Below, one piece after another: positions 12,630 through 26,490 of a DNA stretch of 64,000 nucleotides. Under the pieces are notes generated by a model, which ran no database searches, was not told the origin of the DNA, and was given only the letters and a program-made list of their open reading frames with translations. The stretch lies in assembly GCA_013239625.1 (NCBI GenBank), contig MU053881.1, positions 14,250,373 to 14,314,372 of the forward strand, written 5' to 3'. The position numbers and the translations under genes were made by a program. The stretch comes from Lama guanicoe (taxonomy: Eukaryota). How positions within the stretch are numbered: the first letter of the stretch is position 1; every line of letters starts with the position of its first letter.

Positions 12630-13178
12630 TGTGAGAGACTGAATATCCAATGGCCAAACCATATATAAAAATAGAGCTCTAACCTACTATCTGCCACTAG
12701 CCCACGAATCTGACCCATTATCAAGGGAGCCCAGGCAGCCAGTGGGCTTATTATTTATAAGTCAGACTTGTACAGTGTCAGACCACTATCTAGAAAAAAA
12801 TTCCATGAAGCCAAAAAATAACTTCAGTAACTATCAGCCCGAAAGGCAGGACTTGATTAATAACTGGCAGCTTCATTAAATGTTGTCCTTGCTTCCAACT
12901 TAGGACCAACCAGAGAAAGCCAAACGTGCACTCTTAACCAATCACAGAAGATGTCCTGCCTCTAACTGTCCCATCTGCTGCTTCCCCATGCTAACATCCT
13001 CCCATCGGGGCATACCTGCAGTCTTCCCATTTCTCCACTGTTAAGCTTCCCACTCCTCTGCCCGCCTTTGAGTCTCAGCCAAAACACAAGTGACAGTGGC
13101 CGGCTCCCTTGTTACAGCAAGCTCTGTATAAAGACCTTTTGTCTGTTCTCATTGGGTTGATCTTTGTTTATTTCCACA
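12630..13178 (+). mobile_element. Old ERV1-type solo LTR (MER90/MER110-like, family tentative)
   Basis: tgtgagagactg...tttccaca termini, internal aaccaatca CCAAT box and a degenerate poly(A) signal near 13127. Confidence 0.65.
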
Positions 13179-15244
13179 GGCATTAACTGAACTTGTTCGG
13201 GTTAGAAATGATGGAGACTGAGATCAAGGTGGTAACAGTGAAGACAGCAAAAAGTGATCATATTCTAGAACCTTCAGAATGTAAGCAGGGAGGGAAACGG
13301 AGCATCACATTCTAGCTTGAATAACTGGGTAGGCAGTGGTGCCATGGAGAAAGCTGGGGAAGGCTGGAGTACATACATTCTCAAGTGGGAGAAAGAATGC
13401 CTTGAGTTCACCTACTCCCTGCACACACAGTAATGTAAATAGCTCCAAAAATCTTCTCTCTCTGAGAGACCATCTCTGCCAGCCCAACTTGTGGCCAGAA
13501 AATCATTTCTTTGGATGGAGGTGCCTCTAGGGTGTTACTTCGGGGGTACCCATGAGCTCCCACTGCCCGCTCCAGCTCCCATTTACTCCTCCGCAGATCA
13601 AAAAACATCTTTGCCATCCCCTGACTGATGTGTGAAATTCCACCTTCGGAACTGGCTTCAACTACAATTAAAAAGTTAATAAAACAGCATGATCTTAATT
13701 TTTTTTTAAGTATGTGTATATCCGGAAGCAAATAGAGCAAAATGTTAACTACATATGTTATCTCAGGATAGTGGCATTCTAGGTGATTTAAATTGTCTTC
13801 TTAATATGTTTCTGTGTATTTCCTAAGCCCTTCATAATGAACAACAACTTTTCTTATGAAAAAAATGCATTTCTTAAAAATGAGATTTCTGTAAATCAAC
13901 TGTACTTCAATTTTAAAAAATGAGACGTCTGGGATAGTTAACAAATTAAAAGCTGTCAGTCATTTATCCCTTGGTGTGAATGAAGAGAGTGTTTGTCACC
14001 CCCTGTGAGAGGACAGGTGGAAGATACGAGAACTGACGTGGGGCTGTCAAAGGCATCCCCCTTTATGCCTTCATAGGGCCAAAGGCACAAGGACAGATAT
14101 GCTCCCTGGACATTTTACAAATGGCCAAAGACAGCCCTACCTCTGCAGGTACGTGAGAGAAAGTAAACACAGAGTTTGGCTCAGAGACAGGAGCTGGAAA
14201 AATACAAACATATGCAATATTGCCAAACTCTATTTCAGTAGGGTCACTGCCAGCCTAAGAACAAGGGACAGTTTCCAACTAAAGAATTAAAGTATTTTAA
14301 ATGCAAACAGAGGCAAATTCAGAAACAGGCAATCCCAAGAGAACCCTGACCAGGGCTGATTCAGGCCTGACCAGACCTCACGGCCAAGTCCTAGACTTGG
14401 AGAATCGCCAAGGTGTGTGGCCGTACTGAGTCACTGAGGTGAGAAAAGGAAGTGAAATGATTTCAGGCACTGCTGACCTCTCCCAAAACAGAAAAGGATA
14501 GCTGTCCTTGCCCAGTCCCCACCCCCAATTCTTCGCTTATTTCCACTCATTCTTGGCCAAACTGACAACTAAACCTGTTTACTCCAAAGAATAGGCAAAG
14601 AATAGGCCCCTCCTGAGTCCAGGATTTCAAACACTCGGTAGTTTGGCTGATTGATACTGGGAGGATTGACAGAACAAGACTTTTTCTTTCCTAGGATAAA
14701 ATCCTCACAGTAAGTAGTTCTAAGAAGGAAGGGTGCCTAGGAGATAATAGATGGATGAACTTTCAAAGAATCAAAGACCCAGAGAAGTCCAGAAGCACCT
14801 ATTTTCCACTAAATAGTAACATATGAGGAACATTTCAGATTGCTTTTCATCACATCCCCATACTAACCCAAAATTATCCAAAACTTGGAAATAAACTAAG
14901 GTGATAAATGCATGTATTTCAACATCATTGTTTAACAGAGGATTATCTAATTGGGACTTTGTTTGCTTTTACTATCCACTACTTGTTGAGAAAACAAACA
15001 TTGTGAAAATAATGTTAACTTGTAGATATCTGTCCCAAAGGTTAAAATTTCATTGCCCTGTAGAACATTAACCAATTTTATATCTTTTAGCAAATTCATC
15101 TCCACATTCCTTTGATGAACATACTATATAAGTGTGTGTTCCTTAAATTTTCTTTTTGAACCAGCTCTACCTTTTACTAAATCATTCATTAATGAATCAG
15201 TTGAATACAATCTTTACACATTTATTTTCTTTTGTATGAGTCAT

Positions 15245-15699
15245 GTGTCAAGGAGAAGAACTTTTCCCCTATCCTCTTAGACTCTGTGTCTGGGGGACTG
15301 CAAATTAAACTGAAACAATCAGATTAACAAGAGAAAAAATAGAGTTTAATCATGTATGTATGGGAGTTAAAAAATGTGACACAAAGGGGCTTATATACCA
15401 TCTTAACAAGGGAGGAGAGGGGAGAGAAGGACACTTGAGGGAAACAACTTATGTCTTAGAAGGAAGAAAGGGCACTTAGAATAGATGGGGGAAATGACAG
15501 TTTTGTGACAATGTCTGTTTTGGTGTGCTGCTGAATTTATGTCTTCAAGAAGATTAGAGAGTTGCTCCCACGGAGGAGATTTGTGACAAGAGTTCTTTTG
15601 AAAGGCTCTGCTTTTAGGCAGATAAGGGATTTCAAGATCTCAAACGCCTTCAGCTCAAAATAATCTTTATGCAACAATGGCATATTTCGGACTTCTTCA
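15245..15699 (-). mobile_element. ERV1 solo LTR, MER34-like
   Basis: The right end, reverse-complemented, reads tgaagaagtccgaaatatgccattgttgcataaagattattttgagctgaaggc, as in MER34 5' ends. Confidence 0.7.
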
Positions 15700-17134
15700 T
15701 CTCCTTTTTGCAGATGTGGAAATCTAAGTCTTAGGGATAGCAGATGAGCCATCCCTCCTCAGGATCAGAGCCAGACCTTAAAGCCAGTTCAGACACTTAA
15801 GTTCTTCTCCCATTGCCAAACTAAATAGCTGTGTGGCCTTGACCAAGTCACTTTCTTTCTCTGGGCTCAGCTTCCTTAGGTGGAAACTGAAATATGTGGA
15901 AGAGAACACCTCTACAATTGCTTCCGGATCTGGTCATCTCTGTTCAAGTGAATTACTTCGCAAAATGATACACACAGGCCACCCTGATCTCCAAGTCCTC
16001 TTCCCATTCCACCCCTGTCCCTAAAGATGTCACTTCATGTGTGAGGCCTTTTCTCTCCAAGCAGAAGCCCAAAGTCCTGAACTTTCTCTCTCCCCATCAA
16101 CACTGACCTCTCCTGTGTCCTGCCCGCCAGGGAACCTTTCCAACAGGGAACCTGCTCATGTTATAAACTATAAAGTAATCCATTGCAAGGCTCAAAAGCT
16201 AGTAAGAGAGGAAGATCTCGCATGTAGACACATGCTCTCCTTTAAAAGGTATCTGTATTTGCTTTCCAGGTAAGATAAAACTTTTACTCGGGTAAAGAGT
16301 GGAATTTCAGGCAATGTGACAGGCAAGTGGGGTAGCCTGGTGAAAGCAGAAAAATCTTAATACCCCTCCAGCAAATGTATTTGGAGGGCTGGGTTTGGGT
16401 CAAAACCGACCAGAACTGTGTCCCAGCCAGCCCCAGGCCCCAGGCCCCACCAGCTGTTGCATATTTTGAAATTCACCTTTGTGTTTTGGGCTTGGTGCAT
16501 AGAGTCACATCTGTCTCCTCTGTTGCACGTACAACAGTGACAGAATCTCTGCATTTGTGGCCAGTCATTCATCTTCTCCAACCCAGAAGGTTAACATTTG
16601 TGCCTGAAGACCACAGTTGATCAAGATGGTTAGACTTGATGCTCATTATTCTTCATTAAATAGAAAATTGGCACTTACGCCTTTTTCTTTTCACTTATTA
16701 ATCTGTTCTAATGTTTCTACTCCAAATATTTCTTCAATGCTAGAATTTAAATAATGAAAACAACTCAATCCAGAGACTCTATTAAGGAGAAGGAATGAAA
16801 ATAACATCCTGATTCCTTCCATGAAGCTTGTCTTTTTAATGCTTTTTCCCCTCCTCCCTGGCAGATAAGACAGGCACCTGTGCCATGAGAGGCTGGGTGT
16901 GTGCACGTTTTAGAGCCGAGGAGGACCAGTAGGACAGTTTATGTCACTGCCGAGGCTGTAAAAAACATAGCCTGTCTTGACTTGTGGGCGAATCATTGCA
17001 GCGTCAGTTTTCACAAAGATAATGATGAGTTGTCTTCTGGGTTAGCTCCAGATCTCAAGGGAACATCCTGACCCAGACGAGACACAGCAGAAGCCATCAA
17101 AGATGCAGGTACAACAGTGATCCTCAACCCAGGC

Positions 17135-17905
17135 TGCACATTAAAATCACCTAAGGACCTTCGAAAAAAACATTCATACCTGGGCAGCACTCAGACCAAT
17201 AAAATCAGAACCTCCGGTGGTGAGGTCCAAGGGGAGGAAGAGAAAAGCTGATTAGAAAAGATGATTCTAACATGCAGTCAGAAGTGGGAACCCCTGGTAG
17301 AGAGGGGTGCTCACTGAAGCATGGCTTAGGAGGAAAGCAATGCAAATAACTTATAGTTTATTGATTGGGTGTTGATTAATTAAATTATGATGTATCCACA
17401 CAATGGGATGCTTACCAGTCTTTTCTAAATAAGGCAAATCTGTAGGCATGGGGCATTCTCTCCAGCAATACTTTGGGCACAATAATAAGAGCCTATACGT
17501 TTTAGGGAGAACTATAAAAATGTTAGAGACCTGAAAAAAAATTATTGATTACAAAATAGAAAAATAAAACTGCAATGTCACAACAAATGTGTTTGCCTAT
17601 AAAATATAAGATCATGTCAACTTCAGCAGTTGTTAGGTTTAGTATTCATAAAACTGTTCTTACACCTGAAAATAGCCAGTAAGTTATATTCTCCCCTCAA
17701 GAACTCCCAAGTACGCATGGTCTGTGGTTCTCAAAATGTGGTCCCCAGAACAGCAACACCAGCCTCGTGTGAAAACTCGCTAGGAAAGAAACCGCCCAGG
17801 CCTCACCTCAGAGCTACTGAATCAGGAACTCTGGGGATGAAGCCCACATATCTGTTTGCACAAGCCCTTCAAACAATTCTGACATGTGCTTCAGTATAAG
17901 AACCA
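17135..17905. mobile_element. Two MER5-type hAT-Charlie MITEs (about 17135-17295 and 17723-17905)
   Basis: cagtgatcctcaacccaggctgcacattaaaatcacc and tggttctcaaaatgtggtccccagaacagc...gctactgaatcaggaactctgggg...gaaccac. Confidence 0.7.
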
Positions 17906-17910
17906 CCGTG

Positions 17911-18675
17911 AACAATAAATGCTGGAGAGGCTGAGGAGAAAAGAGAACCATCCTACACCGTTGTGCAGCCACTATGGAGGAAATCAGTATGGAGATTCCT
18001 CAAAAAACTAAAAATAGACTTACCATGTGATCCAGCAGGCCCACTCCTGGGCATGTATCCAGAGGGAACTCTAATTCGAAAACATACATGCACCCCAATG
18101 CTCACAGCAGCACTATATACAATGGCCAAGACATGGAAGCAACCTAAATGTCCATCGACAGATGACTGGATAAAGAAGTTGTGGTATATTTATACAATGG
18201 AATACTACTCAGCTATAAAAAAGAATAAAATAATGCCATTTCAGCAACATGGATGGCCCTGGAGATTATTCTTCTAAGTGAAGTAAGCCAGAAAGAGAAA
18301 GAAAAATATCATGTGATGTCACTCATATGTGGAATCTAAGAAGAAGTGGGGGGAGGCAAAGGACACTACAAACTCATCTACAAAACAGAGTCAGACTCAG
18401 ACATAGTAAACAGTCTATGGTTACCAGGGAAAGGGGGTGGGAAGGGATAAATTTGGGAGTTGAGATTTGCAAATGTTAGCCACTATATATAAAAATAAAT
18501 TAAAAAAACAAATTTCCTCTCTATAGCACAGGGAACTATATTCAATGTCTTATAATAACCTTTAATGAAAAAGAATATGAAAACAAATATATGTATGTAT
18601 ATGCATGACTGGGACATTGTGCTGTGAACCAGAAATTGACACACTGTAAATGACTATATTTCAATTAAAAAAAAA
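17911..18675 (+). mobile_element. 5'-truncated lineage-specific L1 (ORF2 end, 3'UTR and polyA)
   Basis: ORF 17963-18277 [33 protein letters not shown], polyA tail, TSD aaccaccgtg (17901-17910) / aaccactgtg (18676-18685). Confidence 0.92.
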
Positions 18676-18829
18676 AACCACTGTGCTAGATGGTTACCAA
18701 AATAAAAGGATAATAATCTTATATAATTAAAATTAAAATAATCAGTCATAAATAATAAGCAGGCAAGTAATTTACAAAGCACAATTTGAAGATCCTTCTA
18801 AAAATTTCTACTGAGAAAAAAAATATATA

Positions 18830-19428
18830 GCCTCAAAATGTTAAATATAAGATTACCACAGAATCCAGCAATTCCACTCCTGGTGACAGAGCCAAAAGTA
18901 CTGAAAGGAAGGACTTAAACTGTTACGTGTACATCATTGTTCATGGCAGCATTATTCACAATACCCAAAAGGTGGGAATAACCCAAGTGTCCATCAAGAG
19001 ATGAACTGATAAACAAAATGTGGGCTAAGTACACAATGGAATATTATTCAGCCTTTAAAGAAAATGAAATTCTGATACGTGCAACAACATGGATGAATCT
19101 CAGAAACATGCTAACGAAGTAAGCCAAACACAAGAGGACAAATATTGTAGGATTTCATTTCTATGAAGTACCTAAAATAGGTGAATTTGTAAAGACAGAA
19201 AATAGAATAAAGGTTACCAGGGGCCGGGGAGAGGGAAGAAGAGGATAAGGAGTTACTGTTTAATAAGTACAGAGTTTTTGTTGGGAGGTGATGAAAAAGT
19301 TCTGGGAATGATTAGTGGCATGGATGTGCAACATTGTGCATTTATTTAATGTCACTGGATTGTGCACTTAAAAATGGTTAAAATGATGAATTTTATGTTG
19401 TATATATTTTAACACAATTAAAAAAAAT
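18830..19428 (+). mobile_element. Old L1M (L1MB-like) 3' end
   Basis: atccagcaattccactcctgg...cacaatggaatattattcagcc...gtgcacttaaaaatggttaaaatg. Confidence 0.85.
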
Positions 19429-19429
19429 G

Positions 19430-19935
19430 TAAGCTGGCAAACCAGGAAAGGCAGTGGTGTAATTCAGTCTGAGTCCAAAGGCCTGAGAATCAGGGACCAG
19501 TGGTGTAAGTCCCATTCCACGTCTGAAGGCCCAAGGCCCAGGAGAAGACAGATGTCCCAGCCAAGCAAAAACAACACTGGGGGGAGGGTATAGCTCAGTG
19601 GTAGAGCATGTGTTTAACATGCACGAGGTCCTGGGTTCAATCCCCAGCACATCCATTAAAAATAAATAAATAAACCTAATTACCTTCCCCTCCCCCCAAA
19701 AAAGGAACACATTTGCCCTGCTCTCTCCGTTTTGTACTAGTCAGGCCCTCAGCAGAGTGGATGATGCCCACCAGCACCAGTGGGGCAGTTGAGGGGTGGG
19801 GGTGATCTTTATGCAGTCTATCAATTCAAATGCTAATCTCTTCCAGAAACATCACAGGCACCCAGAAATAATATTTTACCAATTATCTGGGCATTCCTTA
19901 ACCCCCTCAAGTTCACACATAAAATTTACCATCTG
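19430..19935 (-). mobile_element. ERVL MLT2-type LTR interrupted by a SINE
   Basis: ggtgtaattcagtctgagtccaaaggcctgaga...tcaaatgctaatctcttccagaaac...cacataaaatttacca. Confidence 0.75.
19579..19703 (+). mobile_element. Camelid tRNA-Ala-derived SINE (Vic-1-like)
   Basis: ggggagggtatagctcagtggtagagcatgtgtttaacatgcacgaggtcctgggttcaatccccagcac (Pol III A and B boxes) followed by the aaacctaattacc tail shared with the other copies. Confidence 0.9.
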
Positions 19936-21230
19936 TCAGCTTGAACTATAAACTCCTTGAGGGTAGGGACCATTGTTCAGGAGTCTCCAATATCTAACCC
20001 AGCACCTGGACCAGAGCAGTTAACTAACAGTAAAGGAATGAATGAATGAGTAAGTGAATGAATGAGCAAGTAAATGAATAAATGGGTGCATGAATAAACA
20101 AATGGTCGCCACATGAGTCTTTAGGTGATCTAGTGTCCAATGAGATTGTGTGAAAAATTCTGCGCATATGTGCGTTTTCCAGAGAACGGGTCTAATCTTT
20201 TATTAGATTATCAATGGGACACATGACCCCAAAGTGCTCAGAAACACTGGTGTAGAGACAGGAGCAGGGTGGGGGGACGAGATGAGTCCTCAGGGATGCC
20301 CCCGGCGAGTATTTCTAACTATCAAAGAAAAGTGAGTGGCAGACCTGACAAGAGGATATGTCACACTGAGGACAAATAAGAGAGATCAGAGTTTACGGAG
20401 CGACCCTGATTCACCAGCTGACCAACTGGTCCTCTTTGGGTCCTTGAAGTTCCCCAGTTCTCAGACTTCACAGAAACAAACTAATCCTCCTGTCATTCTC
20501 CTGAACGCGGTTCTGGCAGACACTAGCCAGACACACATGCTTCCAACTCAAAGAAAATTCAAGAAAAATCCTTTTTGGAAAAACTGAATCCTCTGCTGAG
20601 GGAAGAGTCTGGCAATGATGTAAGCCACATGCAATTTCAGAGACATTTATGAAAATCCCACTGGATGACAGAGGCCAAGGACACACATGTGGTTCTGCCA
20701 CAGCCTTTGGGGAGCACACAGTTTCATGGAAGAGAAAGCTAATCCTCTGCTCAACTCCCCTAGTAATCAGAGAAATGCAAACTAAAATGGCAGAGAGAAA
20801 CCTCTGCAGACTCATGAGATTTGGGGGTGAGGATATGGGAGAATGGGCTCTTCATGGGAGTGAGAAGCTAAGGTCGTGCTGGAGGGCACTGTATCAGCGC
20901 CCACCACGTAGCCTGCCCTGTCTCACCCCGGGGCTAGCATGTGGAGCTTACCTACCACGTCCCCATCTTACTCCTGGGGATAAACCCCCAAGAAGCTATC
21001 ACACTGATTCCTAAGAGAACTTCCACGGAGTTGTTTTCCAGGGCTCCTGGAAACCCCACATGCTGTCTTTCTGCCTCCTCCTACTTACAGAGGACGTGTT
21101 GGAAACATTAGTTAATTAAAGCTCTTCCCGCGGGGGAAGGACTCAGACGTACTGCCCTTGACCTAGCCTCACCACCTACCTCCGTAATTCCCATCTCAAA
21201 CCCCCGAGGAGGCACATTTTCTCTGTATTT

Positions 21231-21244
21231 CCAGGAGGGGGCGG
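21231..21244 (+). promoter_or_regulatory. Candidate CTCF site
   Basis: CCAGGAGGGGGCGG matches the core CCASYAGRKGGCR with one mismatch. Confidence 0.4.
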
Positions 21245-21926
21245 TTGACAGAGGGCAAAAACTCCCTGGGTGCTGAAGACAGGAATCAATTCAGAAATAC
21301 GGCCCTAGATGCAACAGACACCTTGGCCGTCACTGTAGGAGAACACAGAATGAGAAACCTGGGAATTAACCTCCCTAGGTCCCTTCATCTAGTCCTCTGC
21401 CTCCCCTGGGTTGAACGAGCCTCAAGAGCACCAATCCAGGGAAATGATTTCCCATTCTTTTCCTGAGACTCTTTGATTCAGGAGGGCTATGAACTCCTGA
21501 ATAGAGGGGATGAAAAATCTCAAGGGAAAACTCCCATTGTATGCAAAGGTTTGGGGAGTAGAACCCAAATATGACTACTTCGTAAATACTTTTAAAATAT
21601 CATCATAGCTCCACTTACCAGCAATGCTCTCTATCCAAGTTGCTTAAAAATCTGTTCCTCTGTAAGGACTGTAGTAGAACTACCCCATAGAGCTGTGGTG
21701 AGGCGTAAATGAAATAATAATTACAAAGCATTTAGTACATTATAGGCAGCCCATCAATGTCAGCCAATATTCACTTTTCCTTTTATTTTCTTAGCCAGTA
21801 AAACATCTGAAACCCTTTTGTGTTTATTGAACTAGACCTTGGGAATAAAAACTGGACACAGAATTTTTGGAATTTGAACAGTAAGTTAGAAATCCAGTCC
21901 GTTTTTTCCAAATCAAATCTTAATTG

Positions 21927-21927
<1 letters not shown>

Positions 21928-21965
<38 letters not shown>
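21928..21965. repeat. (CA)n microsatellite
   Basis: Perfect CA run of about 19 units. Confidence 0.97.
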
Positions 21966-21971
<6 letters not shown>

Positions 21972-24900
21972 TTAAAGATCAAGCTTCTCAAGTGGGAGAA
22001 GTTGGTAAGGAACTGCCCCTTTGCCCTTCCCAAGGAACCCTGGGGTACCACTAAGCACAGTGTGCAAACCACAGCTCATCCAATATTTTTATCTTATGAA
22101 GACGGTTGGGCTTGGCGGTCTAATTGCTTGTCAAATATCACACAGATAATCAGAGACAGACTGCGTGGGCTAGAAGCTGGATCTCTGATGCCAAGGAATT
22201 TACCAAATAGCTATGGAAATTGGATGGATGCATGCTAAGATGTGGAAGAAAACTGGGGCTAATTTTTTTCAAATGATGTTAACAAAGCCTGGTTCTTAGC
22301 CAAGCACCACACCCATTGCATTTCAGCTCCTCCGCTGAACCTTCGGTTCTTAATAACTCATGCCTTAGTATCCATCACCATGAAAAGAATGATCATTCAC
22401 ATGCTCAGTTACTTGTACCAATTTCTCATTGACTATTTCTACAAATCTGTGGATTTGGTATGAATTTATTCTCTAAGTAGAATAAAAATACAAATATGTT
22501 GACATTGTAATTAAGGAAAATCATTCTGAATAAAAACATCCTTAAGTAACCTGGAAATCCATAGGACAAAAACTCAGAAAACAAACATTAAGTCTGATTT
22601 CTGTTATTTATCTTCTCTGTGCTTGAAACAATGAAATTTACATGACTTTTACGGAGCATTAAAGATTCATTTTTAAAAATTTACTATAAAACATTTCAAA
22701 TATACAAAATAAGCCGTACTTGCCCTGACACCTGATTCTGAGCAGGGCAGAGTGACAGTGAAAACAGTTGCTTTGAGAAAATGCAATCCCCTCACTAACG
22801 GCAAGACTGAAGATTAAATGATTTTGAGTATCAGATATCATCATCACTTTCTACTAAGGCTGGAACAACCGAGGGGAGGGGAAACATACTGCAGTGCTCC
22901 ATCCCACTACCCAGGGCAGGTGCTTCGCTGCTCAGCGTCCTGCAGACCCTCCCCTTTAATCATCTCTCAGTCCTGCAGCAGCTTTCCTTGGGAAAACCCA
23001 CAGGCATCCTAGCCTATGTTTTGAATCCTATTTAAAAAGCCTCAAATGGAAACAGAGAGGGGCTTTGACCAGAGCACAAAGCAGATGAAATGGGGCTCAC
23101 TTTTCCCTCCACCAGCATCCCCTCCTCCCACCAGCCCTGAACAAACAGTTCCTGCCTGACATATACACTTAACACAAAGGAAGACGAGGGCTCCGACCCT
23201 GCTGGCAAGGTTTACTGTCAAGTGGCTAAAATATTCAAACATATAGACAGTAAAAGGGAACAAACGTTTCAGGAGAAGATGTTCGATGCCAAGTGCGTAG
23301 GATGAATTGTAAATGCCCTGGGAATTCAAAACAGAGAAATCATGGCTAGGATTTAGAAAAGACTTAGCCAAAAAGAAATGGACCTTGAACTAAGCCTTAA
23401 ATAAGAGCAAGAATTGGATAGACAGAAAGGAGGGTATTCCAGGTGGGGGAAACAGTGAACAGAGGACCCAAAAAGGGAAAAAGACAAGAAGTATGGAAGC
23501 AAGTGGGAAGGCTTGTCTGAGCAACCTCGGCTGTTTGATTAGAGGTAGAAACTGAGGCCAAGCCACGAAGGGTCTTAAATACCAGACTGAAGAGTTTACA
23601 CCTGCGCTAATTTCCTCCATTCCCTGGGGACACTAATTGGATGGAAAAACTCACAAACAGGGATTCATGGCAGATGCCTTATCGCCTCACTCTCAGAAAC
23701 TCAAGGACAGCAAATATCTCTCCTATTTTATACAAAATCCCCTCTCTTGGTAGAAGCTGCAAGGAGAGCTGTGCTGAGAAAGATGCTAAAGTCACACCTG
23801 CTTGCATGTTCTGATTTATAATTGGTGCCTGTTAAAGATAAACCAGGGAGGAATGGCAGTAAGAAACGCAATGCAGGTGCTTTGCATTTGCCAATGGTGC
23901 TTTATCCAAAAGGAGTGGCTCTCATGGTGAGAAATTCAGGCATGGAGGTTGCTTAATGGAGAAAAAGGGTGAGAGAGTAGGGAAGGCTTTTACAATTTCT
24001 GCAGGCTAGGCTAACCACCAACCCTATCTATGCTTAAGACCAACCCAAAGAGAATGTTCCGCCCCAGACTAGAAGGGAGACTATCAGGCACTAGTGCTGA
24101 CATCTGGCCTTGGCAGTAGAGAATACTATAATTGATTAGTGATGTCTGCCATAGGCTCCGAAGTGAGAAGTAGCGCTATGCGTGCTATATACTTACTATG
24201 CCTACTTTTACCAAAAGGAACCACATACAAAGTATTTCAGGCATTAGAACCAACTGATGCAGGAAGTTAGGTGTCCTGGTTTGGTTTGGTTTGGTTTGGG
24301 GTTGAGGAAGGTATGTTTTTCAAATTATTTAACCACGTTGGCAGGTACTCCTTCTATGTATTTATGTAATTACTAAGATCATCCCAAAAAAAGATGTTGT
24401 TCCCCAGGATGAACTCAAGATAGGAACACAGAGCACACTCAGAAAAAGTTCAGGGATTTTAAAGCCTTTAATCACAGCAGTTGTGTGTATCTTATCCTAT
24501 TTCTTTAGTGCGACCGACCCAGGACTTAAAAAACTTGCACCTTCCAATGATTCTTGGTGCAGATCAACCCTCACCGGCAGCTTCTCACCCTGAGCTCTGG
24601 TCTCCCTGCCTCTAATTTTCCCTCCTGTTGGAAGCCCTGCGTCTGCTTCCCAACCACACTCCCGGGGATGATGAAGTTTGTCGGCAGAGGGAGCGATTTT
24701 TTTTTTCTTTTTATTCTTCCTGTAAATGCAAACAAGCAACCAGCACTACAAGAACTTTCATATTTGCAAACACCCCAGGGTGTTTCACAAAAATCAATCT
24801 GACCAAAAGCCATAAAAAATAAATTCACCTGCTACAAGCCCAGGATGACTGTGGAGGCTTCTCCCCGCTACCTCCGCCTCACAGTGTCCATACAAATTAC

Positions 24901-26192
24901 TCTGGAAACCACACCAATTACTAGAACCACTGGAGAAATCTCAAGGTCAGGAGAATTTGCAGGAAAAAGCAAGCAAATGAAATGCATCTTTAAAGAGGTC
25001 CCTTTGCATAGGAAAGTCTGCTCCAAAGCAGATTCCAGGAAAAGTAGATGATTTGGGCAAGAAATTTTCCACCTTCCCTTTGTGGTTTTGCAGCTATCTG
25101 AGAATCACAGCCCCGCTCTCTGTTCCCAGAGGCCTCTCCTAATCTGGAGTCTATGCGGCATGCTTCTGCTATTGGGGAAGAAACGAGGATTGTGCTGGGC
25201 AGGGTGGGCGAGGCAGACTGAAGGGGCAGAGCTGAGTATTTATACATAAAAAATGTTAACCTTTTTTCAATTATTAAAAAAAGGATTCCTACTTACTGTG
25301 GAAACGTCACAAAATACAAAGGGAGAAAAGGTCTCTCTTCATTCTTCTTCGACCATTGCTTGGTGGTACATCCACCAGGGCAGCTCCGAAAGCCTGCAGC
25401 AGATCCTCATCGTACACACACAAAAGAAGACTCCCGGGCCAACCCTGACATCTGCAGAAACCGGATTTCTGGGCTTGGGTGGGTCCCCAGCGTCTGCATT
25501 TTTGAAAGGCACCCCTGGCGATTCAGGTGATGACTTCCTTTTGGAACTGTAAACCCTGCCACCCCAGATATTTGTGTTTCTCCCCTTCAATATCCTGGTT
25601 TTGGTTTCCCAATCTTAGTTCCAAAAGAACTCTCCTTTTTCTGACTGCCGACTCTGAGTTCAAGGCGGGACCCAGGACCATCACACCTTCCTGAAAGCTT
25701 GATGACTGTGTGTTTGGTAAAGGGTATTGCTGGGGTTCACCCTAGACCCAGGGAGGTGTACGGAGGCCCACTCTTCTGGGAAGGGCCCACTTTTTCCCTT
25801 CTGTGGGCCTTGTCTTGTTGGATAGCCAAATGTAAGGCTCTGCCCACTCACATCCATAAATCGATTCATCAGCGGGATGCAATTCACATTACATGCCACT
25901 AATTACCCTAGGAAAGCAGTAAAAATTAATAAGAAACTACAGTTTAATTGTTTGATAATGACAGGGAGTTCCAAAGTGCCCTCTTGAGTAATAAAATTAA
26001 CATTTAAACTAGTTCAGTCAAAACAACCCTCCCTTAAATGTAACTCCTCACTATTAGCGTGGCTTATTTATTTTCTCTTTGGGCAGCTCTGAAATATCAC
26101 AAATGTATAGTCACTTTAAGAATCTGCCCAGTGTTCCAGGGCTGTGACCAGCCTGTCTGCAGAGTTTAAGGTGAGCTATGACTGGTCCCCAC

Positions 26193-26262
26193 CACACACA
26201 CACACACACACACACACGCGCCCACACACACACACACATGCACACACACACACACACACACA
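26193..26262. repeat. Interrupted (CA)n microsatellite
   Basis: Three CA runs separated by gcgcc and tg. Confidence 0.95.
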
Positions 26263-26490
26263 GTCAAATCAGATCGTCCTACATTTATTTAACCAGAGGT
26301 AGAGAAGTTTCTCAGAAGCTAGTGCATCTCCCTGAAAGGAGAAGGGGGCTGGGGAAGCTGCCCAAACACTGCCCAGCATAAGGATCTCAGAAATGAAAAT
26401 TTGCTGTGACGTCATTCTTTCACCCGTGAGAGCAGACTGCTATTTCAAGGGTACTCTCCAGCCTTTTGTTTAAGGGAATATGGTAGGAAC

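Noticed and set aside
19579..19655. tRNA-Ala-like sequences (also at 6131, 54745 and 59438) as tRNA genes
   Set aside because: They have a shared non-tRNA tail (aaacctaattacc, in three of the four copies), A/T-rich ends, TSDs and mutated stems, so they are SINE copies.
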